A stretch of 34,762 bases of DNA from a virus. Lineage: Duplodnaviria > Caudoviricetes. The stretch spans positions 1 to 34,762 of IMG/VR virus record IMGVR_UViG_3300020045_003800; one strand, written 5' to 3'. The notes under the pieces are model-generated. The model was not told the DNA's origin. It was given only the letters and a program-made list of their open reading frames with translations, and ran no database searches. The first letter of the stretch is position 1, and each line of letters opens with the position of its first letter. This document shows, piece by piece, positions 17,100 to 25,201 of this stretch. The translations under genes and the position numbers were made by a program.

Positions 17100-17294
17100 C
17101 TAAGCGAATACATCAGGACGAATCTCAGCCCGTGTAAATGCACCACCAGTTGCCTCTTCAATTCTTTTTGCCGTCTTTTGTGACGGTTTAATTTTCCCCG
17201 TTCTCCAATCGGAAACGGTTTGTTGTTTTACTTCAATAGCTATTGCCATTTTTTGCTGTGTGCCAAAATAGCCAATCAAACTATCAATAATCAT
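17100..17294 (-). CDS. cro: Cro-like repressor
   Basis: FGTQQKMA.AI.VKQQTVSDW...IEEATGG......IRPDVF; divergent from cI; AAGGAG SD. Confidence 0.88.
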   Translation of the reverse strand: MIIDSLIGYFGTQQKMAIAIEVKQQTVSDWRTGKIKPSQKTAKRIEEATGGAFTRAEIRPDVFA

Positions 17295-17323
17295 TGTAAA
17301 TCTCCTTTCTGTTACGGTTTTCG

Positions 17324-17393
17324 ATTTTACAGTTTAAAACTGTGAAGTCAACTCTAAACCTGTTTGAAACTGTACAGTTAAAAACTGTATGAT
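17324..17393. promoter_or_regulatory. OR operators with PR (leftward) and probable PRM (rightward)
   Basis: TACAGTTTAAAACTGTG 17328-17344 and TACAGTTAAAAACTGTA 17373-17389, with a degenerate site between them; PR TTGACT-16-TAAAAT on minus strand; TTGAAA-18-TATGAT on plus strand. Confidence 0.85.
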
Positions 17394-17443
17394 TGCATCT
17401 AATTTAGTGGTATAAGAAAGGCGTATTATTTAGGAGGTGCTTT

Positions 17444-17815
17444 ATGTTGGGTAATAGAATAAGGATAGCGCGTGAGCTTGCGGGATTATCACAAGAGCAA
17501 CTTGCTGAAAAAGTCGGCATTAGACAGCAATCATTACAGGCGGCAGAGGTCGGAGAAACCGCCATGCCTAGAAAAATAAAACAAATCGCATTGGTGTTGG
17601 ACGTGAATCTTAATTGGCTAATCACTGGCGAAGGCGACATAAAGTCCCACAAATCAGAAATAGATAGCGCAATTTTTAGGATAGTAGGGATATTAGCAAA
17701 TAGTCAAAAAATGGAAATTCTAAAACTGGCGGAAAACTTTAAAGCTAGGAACGAAGAACTATTCAATGAAATAGGTGAGATTATGACCGCCAATAAAAAA
17801 CACTCACACGCATAA
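17444..17815 (+). CDS. cI: CI-like XRE repressor (no peptidase domain)
   Basis: LGNRIRIARELAGLSQEQLAEKVGIRQQS...IA..L.V...WLITGEG; AGGAGG SD; 123 aa. Confidence 0.88.
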   Translation: MLGNRIRIARELAGLSQEQLAEKVGIRQQSLQAAEVGETAMPRKIKQIALVLDVNLNWLITGEGDIKSHKSEIDSAIFRIVGILANSQKMEILKLAENFKARNEELFNEIGEIMTANKKHSHA

Positions 17816-17823
17816 GGAATGAA

Positions 17824-18219
17824 ATGAAAAAGCTGGCTTTAGCGGTAACGGTGTTGGCGTTTAGTGTTGGAGTGAATGCCGCGTGTGATATTAAATCGCT
17901 CAAAGGAAACTACATCGTAAAAGCCACTTATACTGGATATAAAAGTGATTACCCAACAACCTGTGGCGACATCGGCTTACTTATTTTTGATGGGAAAGGT
18001 GGTGTTATTGGAGTTGGTTATGAGTCATGCGCTGGAAACACTTACGAGCTAGGGAAAAGTATTGGGAGCTACAACATAGACCCATATTGCTCTGGAGAAA
18101 TAGCGTTTGAAAGCATGAGAATTAAGTATATCTTGGACAGGACCATGAAAAATGGAGTTATTTTAGGTGGAAATCCAAGTTTAAAATCCAGTGGCATTGG
18201 AACAATCTCAAAGCAATAA
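17824..18219 (+). CDS. Secreted/periplasmic protein co-transcribed with cI
   Basis: Signal peptide MKKLALAVTVLAFSVGVNA; four Cys; followed by a terminator. Confidence 0.75.
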   Translation: MKKLALAVTVLAFSVGVNAACDIKSLKGNYIVKATYTGYKSDYPTTCGDIGLLIFDGKGGVIGVGYESCAGNTYELGKSIGSYNIDPYCSGEIAFESMRIKYILDRTMKNGVILGGNPSLKSSGIGTISKQ

Positions 18220-18237
18220 CCTTTATTAAATTGAATT

Positions 18238-18261
18238 AAACCCACTTCGGTGGGTTTTTTT
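18238..18261 (+). terminator. Terminator of immunity operon
   Basis: AAACCCAC-TTCG-GTGGGTTT-TTTT. Confidence 0.9.
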
Positions 18262-18302
18262 ATGCCCAATGGTTTTTGGGTAGGGATTTTATTTTGTATT
18301 TT

Positions 18303-18354
18303 TACAGTTTTTAACTGTTTTTATGTTTGACAATACAGTTTTTAACTGTAAAAT
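18303..18354 (+). promoter_or_regulatory. OL operators and PL promoter
   Basis: TACAGTTTTTAACTGTT 18303-18319 and TACAGTTTTTAACTGTA 18334-18350; TTGACA(18327)-16-TAAAAT(18349). Confidence 0.88.
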
Positions 18355-18362
18355 GAACCCGT

Positions 18363-18405
18363 CCTTTACAGAAAGGCGAAAGAAACATCACAAGCTCTTT
18401 AACAA
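18363..18405 (+). promoter_or_regulatory. boxB-like hairpin plus boxA antitermination site
   Basis: CCTTT-ACAG-AAAGG 18363-18376, then GCTCTTTAACAA 18394-18405 (boxA consensus). Confidence 0.75.
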
Positions 18406-18421
18406 AATGGAACTGAGTTAT

Positions 18422-18607
18422 CCCGTTGGGCTAAACACCAAAAAATCTATGGCACTAAAGAGGGTGCTTGCTGGTGAATAGTTCAACGGGCAGAAGTTGC
18501 AATTGGTGTAACCACTCAAAACAAGCTGGCATCGGCGGATAGATGTAGATGCAACCATTTTAGAGTAATGGGCGTTAAGGAATCGAGTGGTTACAACTAA
18601 TTACAAT
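18422..18607 (+). ncRNA. Candidate structured leader RNA (two large domains)
   Basis: 12-bp and 22-bp closing stems with G.U pairs and nested hairpins; no credible ORF. Confidence 0.65.
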
Positions 18608-18628
18608 TACAAAATGAGGATAAAAGAA

Positions 18629-18817
18629 ATGCGTAAATTCAGATTACAACTTACAAACGAACGCGAACCCATCTTAATCGTTGCGGATACAGATCGTGAC
18701 GCAATGGCGCAAATGAGAGAGTTAAAACGACATACCCGTGCCAATGTGGTGTCGTTCTTTGAAGTGTTTGATTCGCTACCGCGCTTTGAACAACAGTTCA
18801 ACAACATCTTTGCGTAA
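18629..18817 (+). CDS. Hypothetical protein, first gene of PL operon
   Basis: GAGGA SD before ATG 18629 (MRKFRLQL...). Confidence 0.7.
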   Translation: MRKFRLQLTNEREPILIVADTDRDAMAQMRELKRHTRANVVSFFEVFDSLPRFEQQFNNIFA

Positions 18818-18822
18818 CGCAC

Positions 18823-18856
18823 AAAAAAGCCCGAATTAGCACGAACTAAAACGGGC
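18823..18856 (-). terminator. Antisense-oriented terminator-like hairpin
   Basis: Minus strand GCCCG...CGGGC-TTTTTT with inner TTAG/CTAA pairing. Confidence 0.55.
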
Positions 18857-18888
18857 GAACTTCTTAAACTTTTCGAGAGAATCATAAC

Positions 18889-18996
18889 ATGAAAAACAAA
18901 AATGCCATCCGCGTTATCCGCAACTACAAATTCAAAGCCTTAACCAAACAGTTCTTTGCAGACATTGACAACATCGTCGGTGACTTTCGTGGCTAA
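18889..18996 (+). CDS. 35 aa basic peptide
   Basis: Manual translation MKNKNAIRVIRNYKFKALTKQFFADIDNIVGDFRG*; fills the operon gap. Confidence 0.5.
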   Translation: MKNKNAIRVIRNYKFKALTKQFFADIDNIVGDFRG

Positions 18997-19150
18997 GCTA
19001 ATTCAAGTCGCACAACTCATCACATGGTTAGCAGTTGCCACTTACTTCTCAATCCTTGCCGCTGACAAAATCAAACCTAAGCCCGTCAAAAGCGACATCG
19101 TGGCGCAGCTCGAAAACCAAAACAATTACGAGGTGTCTTATGTTCAATGA
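18989..19150 (+). CDS. Small membrane protein
   Basis: GTG start overlapping the previous ORF; N-terminal hydrophobic helix. Confidence 0.5.
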   Translation: MAKLIQVAQLITWLAVATYFSILAADKIKPKPVKSDIVAQLENQNNYEVSYVQ

Positions 19151-19280
19151 TCCTGATTTCGAACCCGAACAAAGCTACGAGGAATGGTGTTTAGAGCGCG
19201 ACGAAATGGAAGCATCTAAACAACGTTGTGCAATCAAACGCATGGCTCGTGAAATTCTCATATCTCTTTTAGAGATTTAA
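19140..19280 (+). CDS. Small hypothetical protein
   Basis: GAGGTG SD; MFNDPDFEPEQSYEEW... Confidence 0.6.
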   Translation: MFNDPDFEPEQSYEEWCLERDEMEASKQRCAIKRMAREILISLLEI

Positions 19281-19362
19281 CAAATATAAGTCCATTGACT
19301 TATCTCCTCGGCGTAAAGCCACACTCGAACCGCAGACGCGGATCATTTTTTTCGAGGTGTTT

Positions 19363-19563
19363 ATGAACGATTCAATGATTTTACTTTTATTTTTGGACGG
19401 CTTTGTCGCAGTCGTCGTCGCGTTACTTGTTACCCGTGAAGTCCGCTTATCTGCAATAGATAAAAAACGTCAATATCTGCGTAATAAAGCCTTTTTGGCT
19501 GTAAATCAAAACCCTGACGTGGAAACCTTGCAGGAAAGGCAAGTCCTGACGTTACAAGCGTGA
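19363..19563 (+). CDS. Small membrane protein
   Basis: GAGGTG SD; N-terminal TM helix. Confidence 0.6.
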   Translation: MNDSMILLLFLDGFVAVVVALLVTREVRLSAIDKKRQYLRNKAFLAVNQNPDVETLQERQVLTLQA

Positions 19564-19677
19564 AAGTGTGACGCATACGAAAAACACACGCAGTTGGGGC
19601 GGCTTAACCTCTCATTGTTAAGATTTTCCGAGCCGTGACCCAACACCTAACCCTAATTATTTTAAAGAGAGAACATT

Positions 19678-20136
19678 ATGAGCAGCACAAACGAAGCTAT
19701 CGACGCACAAAACACAGAATTGACAGCGCAACAACAAGCATCGTCAATCAGTATCACTACAAACTTGAATGATGCCGTTGAAAGCGATATGCCGCTTGGT
19801 GCAACGTACTGGACACCCGTAGACAAAGGCGAATTTAAACGCGGTGTGGTGGTTGGGCTGGAAGTGCAATCGTATGACAAGTTTGACGACAACACAGGCG
19901 AGCATTCGGTTTTGGAATTGCCCGTTGTGGTGTTGGCAGTACAAAAGCCTGATTTGAGCTGGGAACGAATCAGCAACGGCTCTAAGCGTTTAGTGGCAAC
20001 CATCGAACAAAGCGTTAAAAACGGTACAGTTTCATTATTCAAAACGCCGATCCAAGTTAAATATCTCGGAAAGGTTCGCAACACCACCAACGGCTTTTCT
20101 TCTGACACTTTTGAAGTAAAAACGTTGCTTGTTTAA
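19678..20136 (+). CDS. Putative ssDNA-binding/annealing protein (OB-fold-like)
   Basis: 152 aa beta-rich protein (YWTP..GE, I.V.YLGK...F.V) immediately upstream of the exonuclease. Confidence 0.5.
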   Translation: MSSTNEAIDAQNTELTAQQQASSISITTNLNDAVESDMPLGATYWTPVDKGEFKRGVVVGLEVQSYDKFDDNTGEHSVLELPVVVLAVQKPDLSWERISNGSKRLVATIEQSVKNGTVSLFKTPIQVKYLGKVRNTTNGFSSDTFEVKTLLV

Positions 20137-20171
20137 ATCTACCCCGCGCAAGGACGCGCAACTTTTGGAGA

Positions 20172-20885
20172 ATGAAAATGTATTTAGATATTGATTTATC
20201 AGGCGCAGGTATTGGCGCAACACTTAAAAGCACTGAAGAAACCCGTGAAACTGAGTGGCTCAAACAGCGATTAGGCAAGTTCACCGCGTCACAGTTCAGC
20301 AAGTTGATGACATATCCAAACAAAAACGAACTGCCAGCAGGTGCAATCACTTACATCATGGAAAAAGTGGTTGAAGTAGCAACCGATTTTGAACCCGAAC
20401 AAGGTTTTACCAGTGCAGCGATTCAATGGGGAAAGGATCACGAACTCGAAGCGGTTGAAAGATTCAGTGAATCACTTTTGCTTAATGTTGATTTCACGGG
20501 TGGCGCACAACAATTCATTGATTACCCATTGCTTAGAGCAGGTGCAACGCCAGACGGTTTGATTGATAGCTACGCAGGTTTAGAGGTGAAATGCCCAAAC
20601 AGTGCTACGCATCTATCTTATATGGCAATCAAGAACGCGGACGATTTAAAGCGAATTGCACCAAATTATTATTGGCAAGTGATGGGTAGCTTGATGATTA
20701 CGGGACGCGACCAATGGTTTTTCTGTTCTTACGATCCGAGATTCAAAGATGGAAACCTACAGCTCCACACAATAATCGTCGAACCCGTTTTGGCAGATAT
20801 TGAGTTTTTAAAAGAACGCCTTGCAATGGCAAAAGATTATTTTGAACAAGTGTGCAACTACAGAGGAATCAGTCATGCAGCATAA
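20172..20885 (+). CDS. YqaJ/lambda-exonuclease family protein
   Basis: EWLKQRLGKFTAS, WGKDHE..A, GATPDGLI, LEVKCP, YYWQV, FCSYDPR. Confidence 0.92.
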   Translation: MKMYLDIDLSGAGIGATLKSTEETRETEWLKQRLGKFTASQFSKLMTYPNKNELPAGAITYIMEKVVEVATDFEPEQGFTSAAIQWGKDHELEAVERFSESLLLNVDFTGGAQQFIDYPLLRAGATPDGLIDSYAGLEVKCPNSATHLSYMAIKNADDLKRIAPNYYWQVMGSLMITGRDQWFFCSYDPRFKDGNLQLHTIIVEPVLADIEFLKERLAMAKDYFEQVCNYRGISHAA

Positions 20886-20999
20886 AACCAAAAAGGCTTA
20901 TCGCAAACTTGCGTTGAAAAAGAAAGTTCAGATGTGGCGAAGCATCAAACAACTGTACTAAATCAATCACGCCACGGACGGCTTTTTTTAGGAGTGAAT

Positions 21000-21434
21000 A
21001 TGAGCAAAGAAGTAGCGGCAACAAAGAAACAGAAAGCGTTGGTATTTAATCAATTAACCCGCGAACAACGCGCATCATTAGATCGCAAAGCATCACACAC
21101 GATTTTAACAAATGCAGTTAGCGCGTTGCCTGACTATATCGACAAAAAAGGCGAACTTTCCAAACCAAACAAAGAAATGTTGGTGCGTAGTTTTTACAAG
21201 CGCATCAAAGATAAGTTTGAAATGTCGTGCGAAGAAATAGACGAAAGTGGCAATGTAATGATGTCAAACGCTGTGCGTGCTTTGCGTGAAGATGGTGAAT
21301 TTATCATTGGGCAATACTTGAAGGCTTGGAACGGTACACAGGAACAATACGACAACTTGAAAGCAAAACTTAGAGCATTGGTTGATTCAACTAAAACGGG
21401 TTTTGATTATCGAATGAAGGAATTGGAGTTTTAG
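21000..21434 (+). CDS. Hypothetical protein
   Basis: AGGAG SD before ATG 21000; helical, charged. Confidence 0.75.
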   Translation: MSKEVAATKKQKALVFNQLTREQRASLDRKASHTILTNAVSALPDYIDKKGELSKPNKEMLVRSFYKRIKDKFEMSCEEIDESGNVMMSNAVRALREDGEFIIGQYLKAWNGTQEQYDNLKAKLRALVDSTKTGFDYRMKELEF

Positions 21435-21436
21435 AA

Positions 21437-22465
21437 ATGGCGAATGAATTAACAACGCTTTTAACGCTTGCTGTTGAAATTGACGCACTTAACGAACAGG
21501 CGAATATCTTTGCAAATCAAGCAGTGATTTATGCAGCAAAAAGCGGTCAAAAATTATTGTTGGCAAAAGCACAATGCAATCACGGTCAATTCAAAAGTTG
21601 GCTAGATGAGAATTGCAAATTGCCATATTCAACAGCAAATAAATACATGAAATTGGCAACAGCACGACCTGAGCTTTTAACTTCAAATGTACCGTTGACG
21701 GTACTTTTGCCATCCATCACGCAAATGATGGAATTGATGACAGCCGACGAATCAGTAAATGAAGTCGTAACCGCAAAAATCGAATCAGGCGAAGATGTAA
21801 CCATCAAAGAAATCCAACGCTTGAAAAAAGAAGCTGCTGATTTATTAGCCGAAAAAGAATCTACTCAAAAAGACTTAATGTTCACAAAATCAATGCTTGA
21901 AGCAGAAAGCACAAAGTATCAAGCCGCAAGTCGCCAACGTGACGAACTTAGAGATAATCAACAGCAAATCATTGATGCAAAACTGAGCGAAGAACGCGCA
22001 AAGCTGGTGTTAGAGAATCATCAAGCCATTGCAGAAGCAAAGCGCGAACACGATAACACCAAAAGCGAAATTGAACGCCTTAAACGCGAACAAGCGAAAG
22101 CAATTTCAGACGGAATCGGTAAAAAGATGCTTGAACTTGACAACGAAATTCGCAGCAAGGAACAATCCGTTTTAACGCTTGAGAATCGCACTAATGAATT
22201 ACTTGAAACTAAGCGGTCACTCGATAAAGAAGTGGGGTTGATTCAAGTACACAAACAAGCATTTGAAGCGGCATCGAAAGAATTACACGCATTCACGACC
22301 AGTTTCGCAGAGGCACACGACACAAGAGAAATTCCAGCGGAGTGCTTTAATGATTGGCAATCTTTGTATTACGGGATTTCAAAACTCAAAAAACAAATGG
22401 GGCAATGGTTCGATGACAAAGCACCCAGAGATGCTGAAGCGTTAATCGGTGAACTGGTGAACTAA
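21437..22465 (+). CDS. DUF3102-like domain protein with coiled-coil
   Basis: GQKLLLAKAQCNHGQFKSWLDENCKLPYSTANKYMKLA signature; long heptad region. Confidence 0.8.
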   Translation: MANELTTLLTLAVEIDALNEQANIFANQAVIYAAKSGQKLLLAKAQCNHGQFKSWLDENCKLPYSTANKYMKLATARPELLTSNVPLTVLLPSITQMMELMTADESVNEVVTAKIESGEDVTIKEIQRLKKEAADLLAEKESTQKDLMFTKSMLEAESTKYQAASRQRDELRDNQQQIIDAKLSEERAKLVLENHQAIAEAKREHDNTKSEIERLKREQAKAISDGIGKKMLELDNEIRSKEQSVLTLENRTNELLETKRSLDKEVGLIQVHKQAFEAASKELHAFTTSFAEAHDTREIPAECFNDWQSLYYGISKLKKQMGQWFDDKAPRDAEALIGELVN

Positions 22466-22644
22466 TGCCAAGCTATTCAACCTGCCCGATTTGTAAGCAG
22501 CACCGAACAAGCCGATTTCACACGAACAAATGCAGCCAGTTAGCGCGTGAGATTGGCAGGGAGGAAACGCCGAAAGGTATCACGATAATAAAACCTGATT
22601 TTCATGTCTATAAACGCCGCGCAGGTTCACAAAGGAGTTATTGA
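22465..22644 (+). CDS. Small zinc-finger-like protein (59 aa)
   Basis: Manual translation MPSYSTCPICKQHRTSRFHTNKCSQ...; TAATG coupling. Confidence 0.55.
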   Translation: MPSYSTCPICKQHRTSRFHTNKCSQLAREIGREETPKGITIIKPDFHVYKRRAGSQRSY

Positions 22645-22817
22645 TGTACTTGTTAATTTTATTGCTCGTGAGTTTGATTTTTGTTGTGATTTTCTTTGTG
22701 GAGTACGCGGTAAATTTCACGGACTGCAAACACGCACACTGGGCGCAATACCAGTCAAAAAAATGCCGCGTCTGTATCGAATGCGGAAAAATCGAACCCA
22801 CTAAAAGACACTTATGA
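22644..22817 (+). CDS. Small membrane-anchored Cys-rich protein (57 aa)
   Basis: Manual translation MYLLILLLVSLIFVVIFFVEY...CKH.HW...RVCIECGKIE; AAGGAG SD; coupled on both sides. Confidence 0.6.
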   Translation: MYLLILLLVSLIFVVIFFVEYAVNFTDCKHAHWAQYQSKKCRVCIECGKIEPTKRHL

Positions 22818-23038
22818 AAAATACACTGACAGACCTAAATAACCACTTGTTCGCACAATTAGAGCGCATTAGTGAAGAAGGTATCACTGATGAACGATTG
22901 GTGATTGAAAGCGGACGCACCAAAGACATTACATTACTTGCGAAAGAAATCATTAACAACGCGCGTTTAGTATTGGATGCACAAACTCGAATCTGTGACA
23001 TTCCAGAACGTAAAGAACTACCTGCAATGCTCCAATGA
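22814..23038 (+). CDS. Conserved phage protein (HNH partner)
   Basis: MKNTLTDLNNHLFAQLERI motif, commonly adjacent to this HNH family. Confidence 0.8.
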   Translation: MKNTLTDLNNHLFAQLERISEEGITDERLVIESGRTKDITLLAKEIINNARLVLDAQTRICDIPERKELPAMLQ

Positions 23039-24090
23039 ACAGTGGTCAGTTTAAACGTGGTCAGTTAGCGTGGAATAAAGGCTTGAAAGGTTCGACAGGA
23101 TTTAGTGAGAGTCGATTTAAAAAAGGCAACATTCCACATCATAGGCGAGAAATTGGCGAGGAACGTATTGATTACGAAGGTTACACCTACACTAAAATTT
23201 CATGTGTGCGACATGGTTACAAGGATAAGTTTTGGCGGTTAAAACATCGTGAAATATGGGAAAGCGTTCATGGTGAAATACCGCCAAATTCAATTATTTG
23301 CTTTTACGACAACAACAAACAAAACTTTGAAATCAGTAACCTTTTTCGAATTACGCGAGCTGAAAACGTTATTTTGAACAAGCTAAAGTTTGCAAGTGAA
23401 CCTGTTGAACTCAAACCTACAATTCTGGCATTGGTACGGTTACAAATGGCAATGAAAGAATTATCAAAAAAAAAGGATAAGCGAGCTAGCTACACACCCG
23501 AACAAATTGAGTTTTTAAAATGTTATCCGTTATTAGATCGTGCGGTTTTGACTGAGAAGTTTAACGCACGATTTGGCACAACAAAGAGCATTGATGCTAT
23601 CCGCAACTATTGTCGCAATGGCTTAGGGATGAGGATGCCGCCATCGGGACAATTTAAAAAAGGGTCTGTGCCGATTAACGCAGGTAAAAAAGGCTTTTGT
23701 TTTGCTGGTTCAGAAAAAGGTTGGTTTAAAAAAGGACACGCAATGAACGAGTACGAAGTCGGTACGGAATTCATGAAAGAAGGAACGATATTCATTAAAT
23801 ACACAGACGAACACAAACTACCTCGTCACAACTTCGCGCCGAAACATCGAGTAATTTGGCGGAAATATCACGGTGAAATTGGACGCGACGACTTGATTAT
23901 TTTCAAAGACGGCAATCGCTTGAATTGCACCATTGAAAACCTTGAACGCGTCGATAGAGGTGTTTTTATGAAAGTGGCAAAAGAAGGTTTTTTACAAGAA
24001 CCCGTCGAACTAAGACCGACTATTTTAGCGGTTGCAAAACTGAGCATTAAGGCAAAAAAGATAACTAGCGAAAGAGGAATCAATGACTAA
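23035..24090 (+). CDS. Tandem-duplicated HNH-like protein
   Basis: Two units of GQFK.G...FKKG...KHR.IW...HGEI...II.F.D.N..N..I.NL...EPVEL.PTILA. Confidence 0.85.
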   Translation: MNSGQFKRGQLAWNKGLKGSTGFSESRFKKGNIPHHRREIGEERIDYEGYTYTKISCVRHGYKDKFWRLKHREIWESVHGEIPPNSIICFYDNNKQNFEISNLFRITRAENVILNKLKFASEPVELKPTILALVRLQMAMKELSKKKDKRASYTPEQIEFLKCYPLLDRAVLTEKFNARFGTTKSIDAIRNYCRNGLGMRMPPSGQFKKGSVPINAGKKGFCFAGSEKGWFKKGHAMNEYEVGTEFMKEGTIFIKYTDEHKLPRHNFAPKHRVIWRKYHGEIGRDDLIIFKDGNRLNCTIENLERVDRGVFMKVAKEGFLQEPVELRPTILAVAKLSIKAKKITSERGIND

Positions 24091-24180
24091 AAAAGAGTAT
24101 GACAGTATTTACAGAAAATTAAATCGTGACAAAGAAACGGCACGGGTTCAAAAATTTAGACAAAAGCAAAAGGAATCAAA

Positions 24181-24597
24181 ATGAGTAATGTTTTTAGTGG
24201 TGTGTGTACTGTTGGTAGAGACGCAGAGGTTCGTAGCTTGCCATCGGGTCAGTCAGTGTTAAATGTCACTGTCGCCAACAACGTTGGATTCGGGGATAAG
24301 CAACAGACTGTTTGGTTGCGTGTAGTTTTATGGGGAAAACGCGCAGAAGGATCGCTAAAAGATTTTCTAAAGAAAGGTCAGCAGGTTTTTGTATCTGGAG
24401 AAATTACAACAACTGAATATCAAAAAAACGATGGTACACAAGGATTTGCGCTTGAGCTTAACGCGAACATTATTGATTTAATAGGTAAGCGTTCAGACGT
24501 TCCAAAACCCGAAACCGTTGTGACGTATGCACCACCGCCAAGCGTTTCAAGTCATGCCCCCGCGCCAACGAAATACGACGATGATATTCCGTTTTAA
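24181..24597 (+). CDS. ssb: Single-stranded DNA-binding protein
   Basis: VGRDAEVR, W.RVVLWGKRAE, LKKGQQVFVSGE; C-terminal DDDIPF. Confidence 0.95.
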   Translation: MSNVFSGVCTVGRDAEVRSLPSGQSVLNVTVANNVGFGDKQQTVWLRVVLWGKRAEGSLKDFLKKGQQVFVSGEITTTEYQKNDGTQGFALELNANIIDLIGKRSDVPKPETVVTYAPPPSVSSHAPAPTKYDDDIPF

Positions 24598-24671
24598 CCG
24601 CTAAAAAACAACCTGTGTCCGATATTTCTCGGATTGTCGGACACAAACTTCAACTAAATCTAGGAATCAAA

Positions 24672-24998
24672 ATGAGTTTTAATTTATATCAAACGCAAGC
24701 TATGCGAACCGCAAAAATCGAAGGGTTTAAATTCAATATCGGACACGCCGCATTAGGCATTAGTGGTGAATCGGGTGAGTTTTCGGACTGTGTTAAAAAA
24801 TACCTCGTTTATGGTCAAGCATTAGATCGTGAAAATGCCGCTGAGGAATTAGGGGATTTGCTGTGGTACATTGCTTTGGGCTGTGAAACATTAGGCGTGT
24901 CAATGGCAGATGTAGCAATACAAAACATCAATAAATTACAGGCGCGTTATCCTGATAAATACAGTGATTTTCACGCAATCGAAAGGTTAGATAAATGA
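24672..24998 (+). CDS. MazG-like nucleotide pyrophosphohydrolase
   Basis: ALGISGESGEF.D.VKK, EELGDLLWY, NINKLQARYP; AGGA SD before ATG 24672. Confidence 0.9.
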   Translation: MSFNLYQTQAMRTAKIEGFKFNIGHAALGISGESGEFSDCVKKYLVYGQALDRENAAEELGDLLWYIALGCETLGVSMADVAIQNINKLQARYPDKYSDFHAIERLDK

Positions 24999-25201
24999 GT
25001 GGGATTGAACAGGCTGTAATCGACAAAATCAAAACCCGTGCTGAATTTGGCGAAAAGAAGTACAAAACCACGATGGAGCGTACCGATTTATCAAAACTCC
25101 AATGGCTTCAACACGCACAAGACGAAATGATGGACGCTGCTATTTATATGCAAAAACTCATTGAAGTTGAACAAAACTCACACGCGGCAAATTACGAATG
25201 A
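24995..25201 (+). CDS. Small all-alpha NTP-pyrophosphatase-like protein
   Basis: RAEFGEKKY.TT..R.DL...WLQHAQDEMMDAAIY (EE/DE..D pattern). Confidence 0.6.
   Translation: MSGIEQAVIDKIKTRAEFGEKKYKTTMERTDLSKLQWLQHAQDEMMDAAIYMQKLIEVEQNSHAANYE

Noticed and set aside
17328-18350. CTGT/ACAG sites as LexA boxes
   Set aside because: The arrangement is ACAGT-N5-ACTGT, not CTG-N10-CAG; positions match phage repressor operators.
18422-18607. tRNA or hammerhead ribozyme in the PL leader
   Set aside because: No cloverleaf with a T-loop of correct geometry and no CUGANGA/GAAA core.
22604-22804. Track ORF MSINAAQV (66 aa)
   Set aside because: Two coupled ORFs (22465-22644 and 22644-22817) tile the region better and carry SD or Cys motifs.
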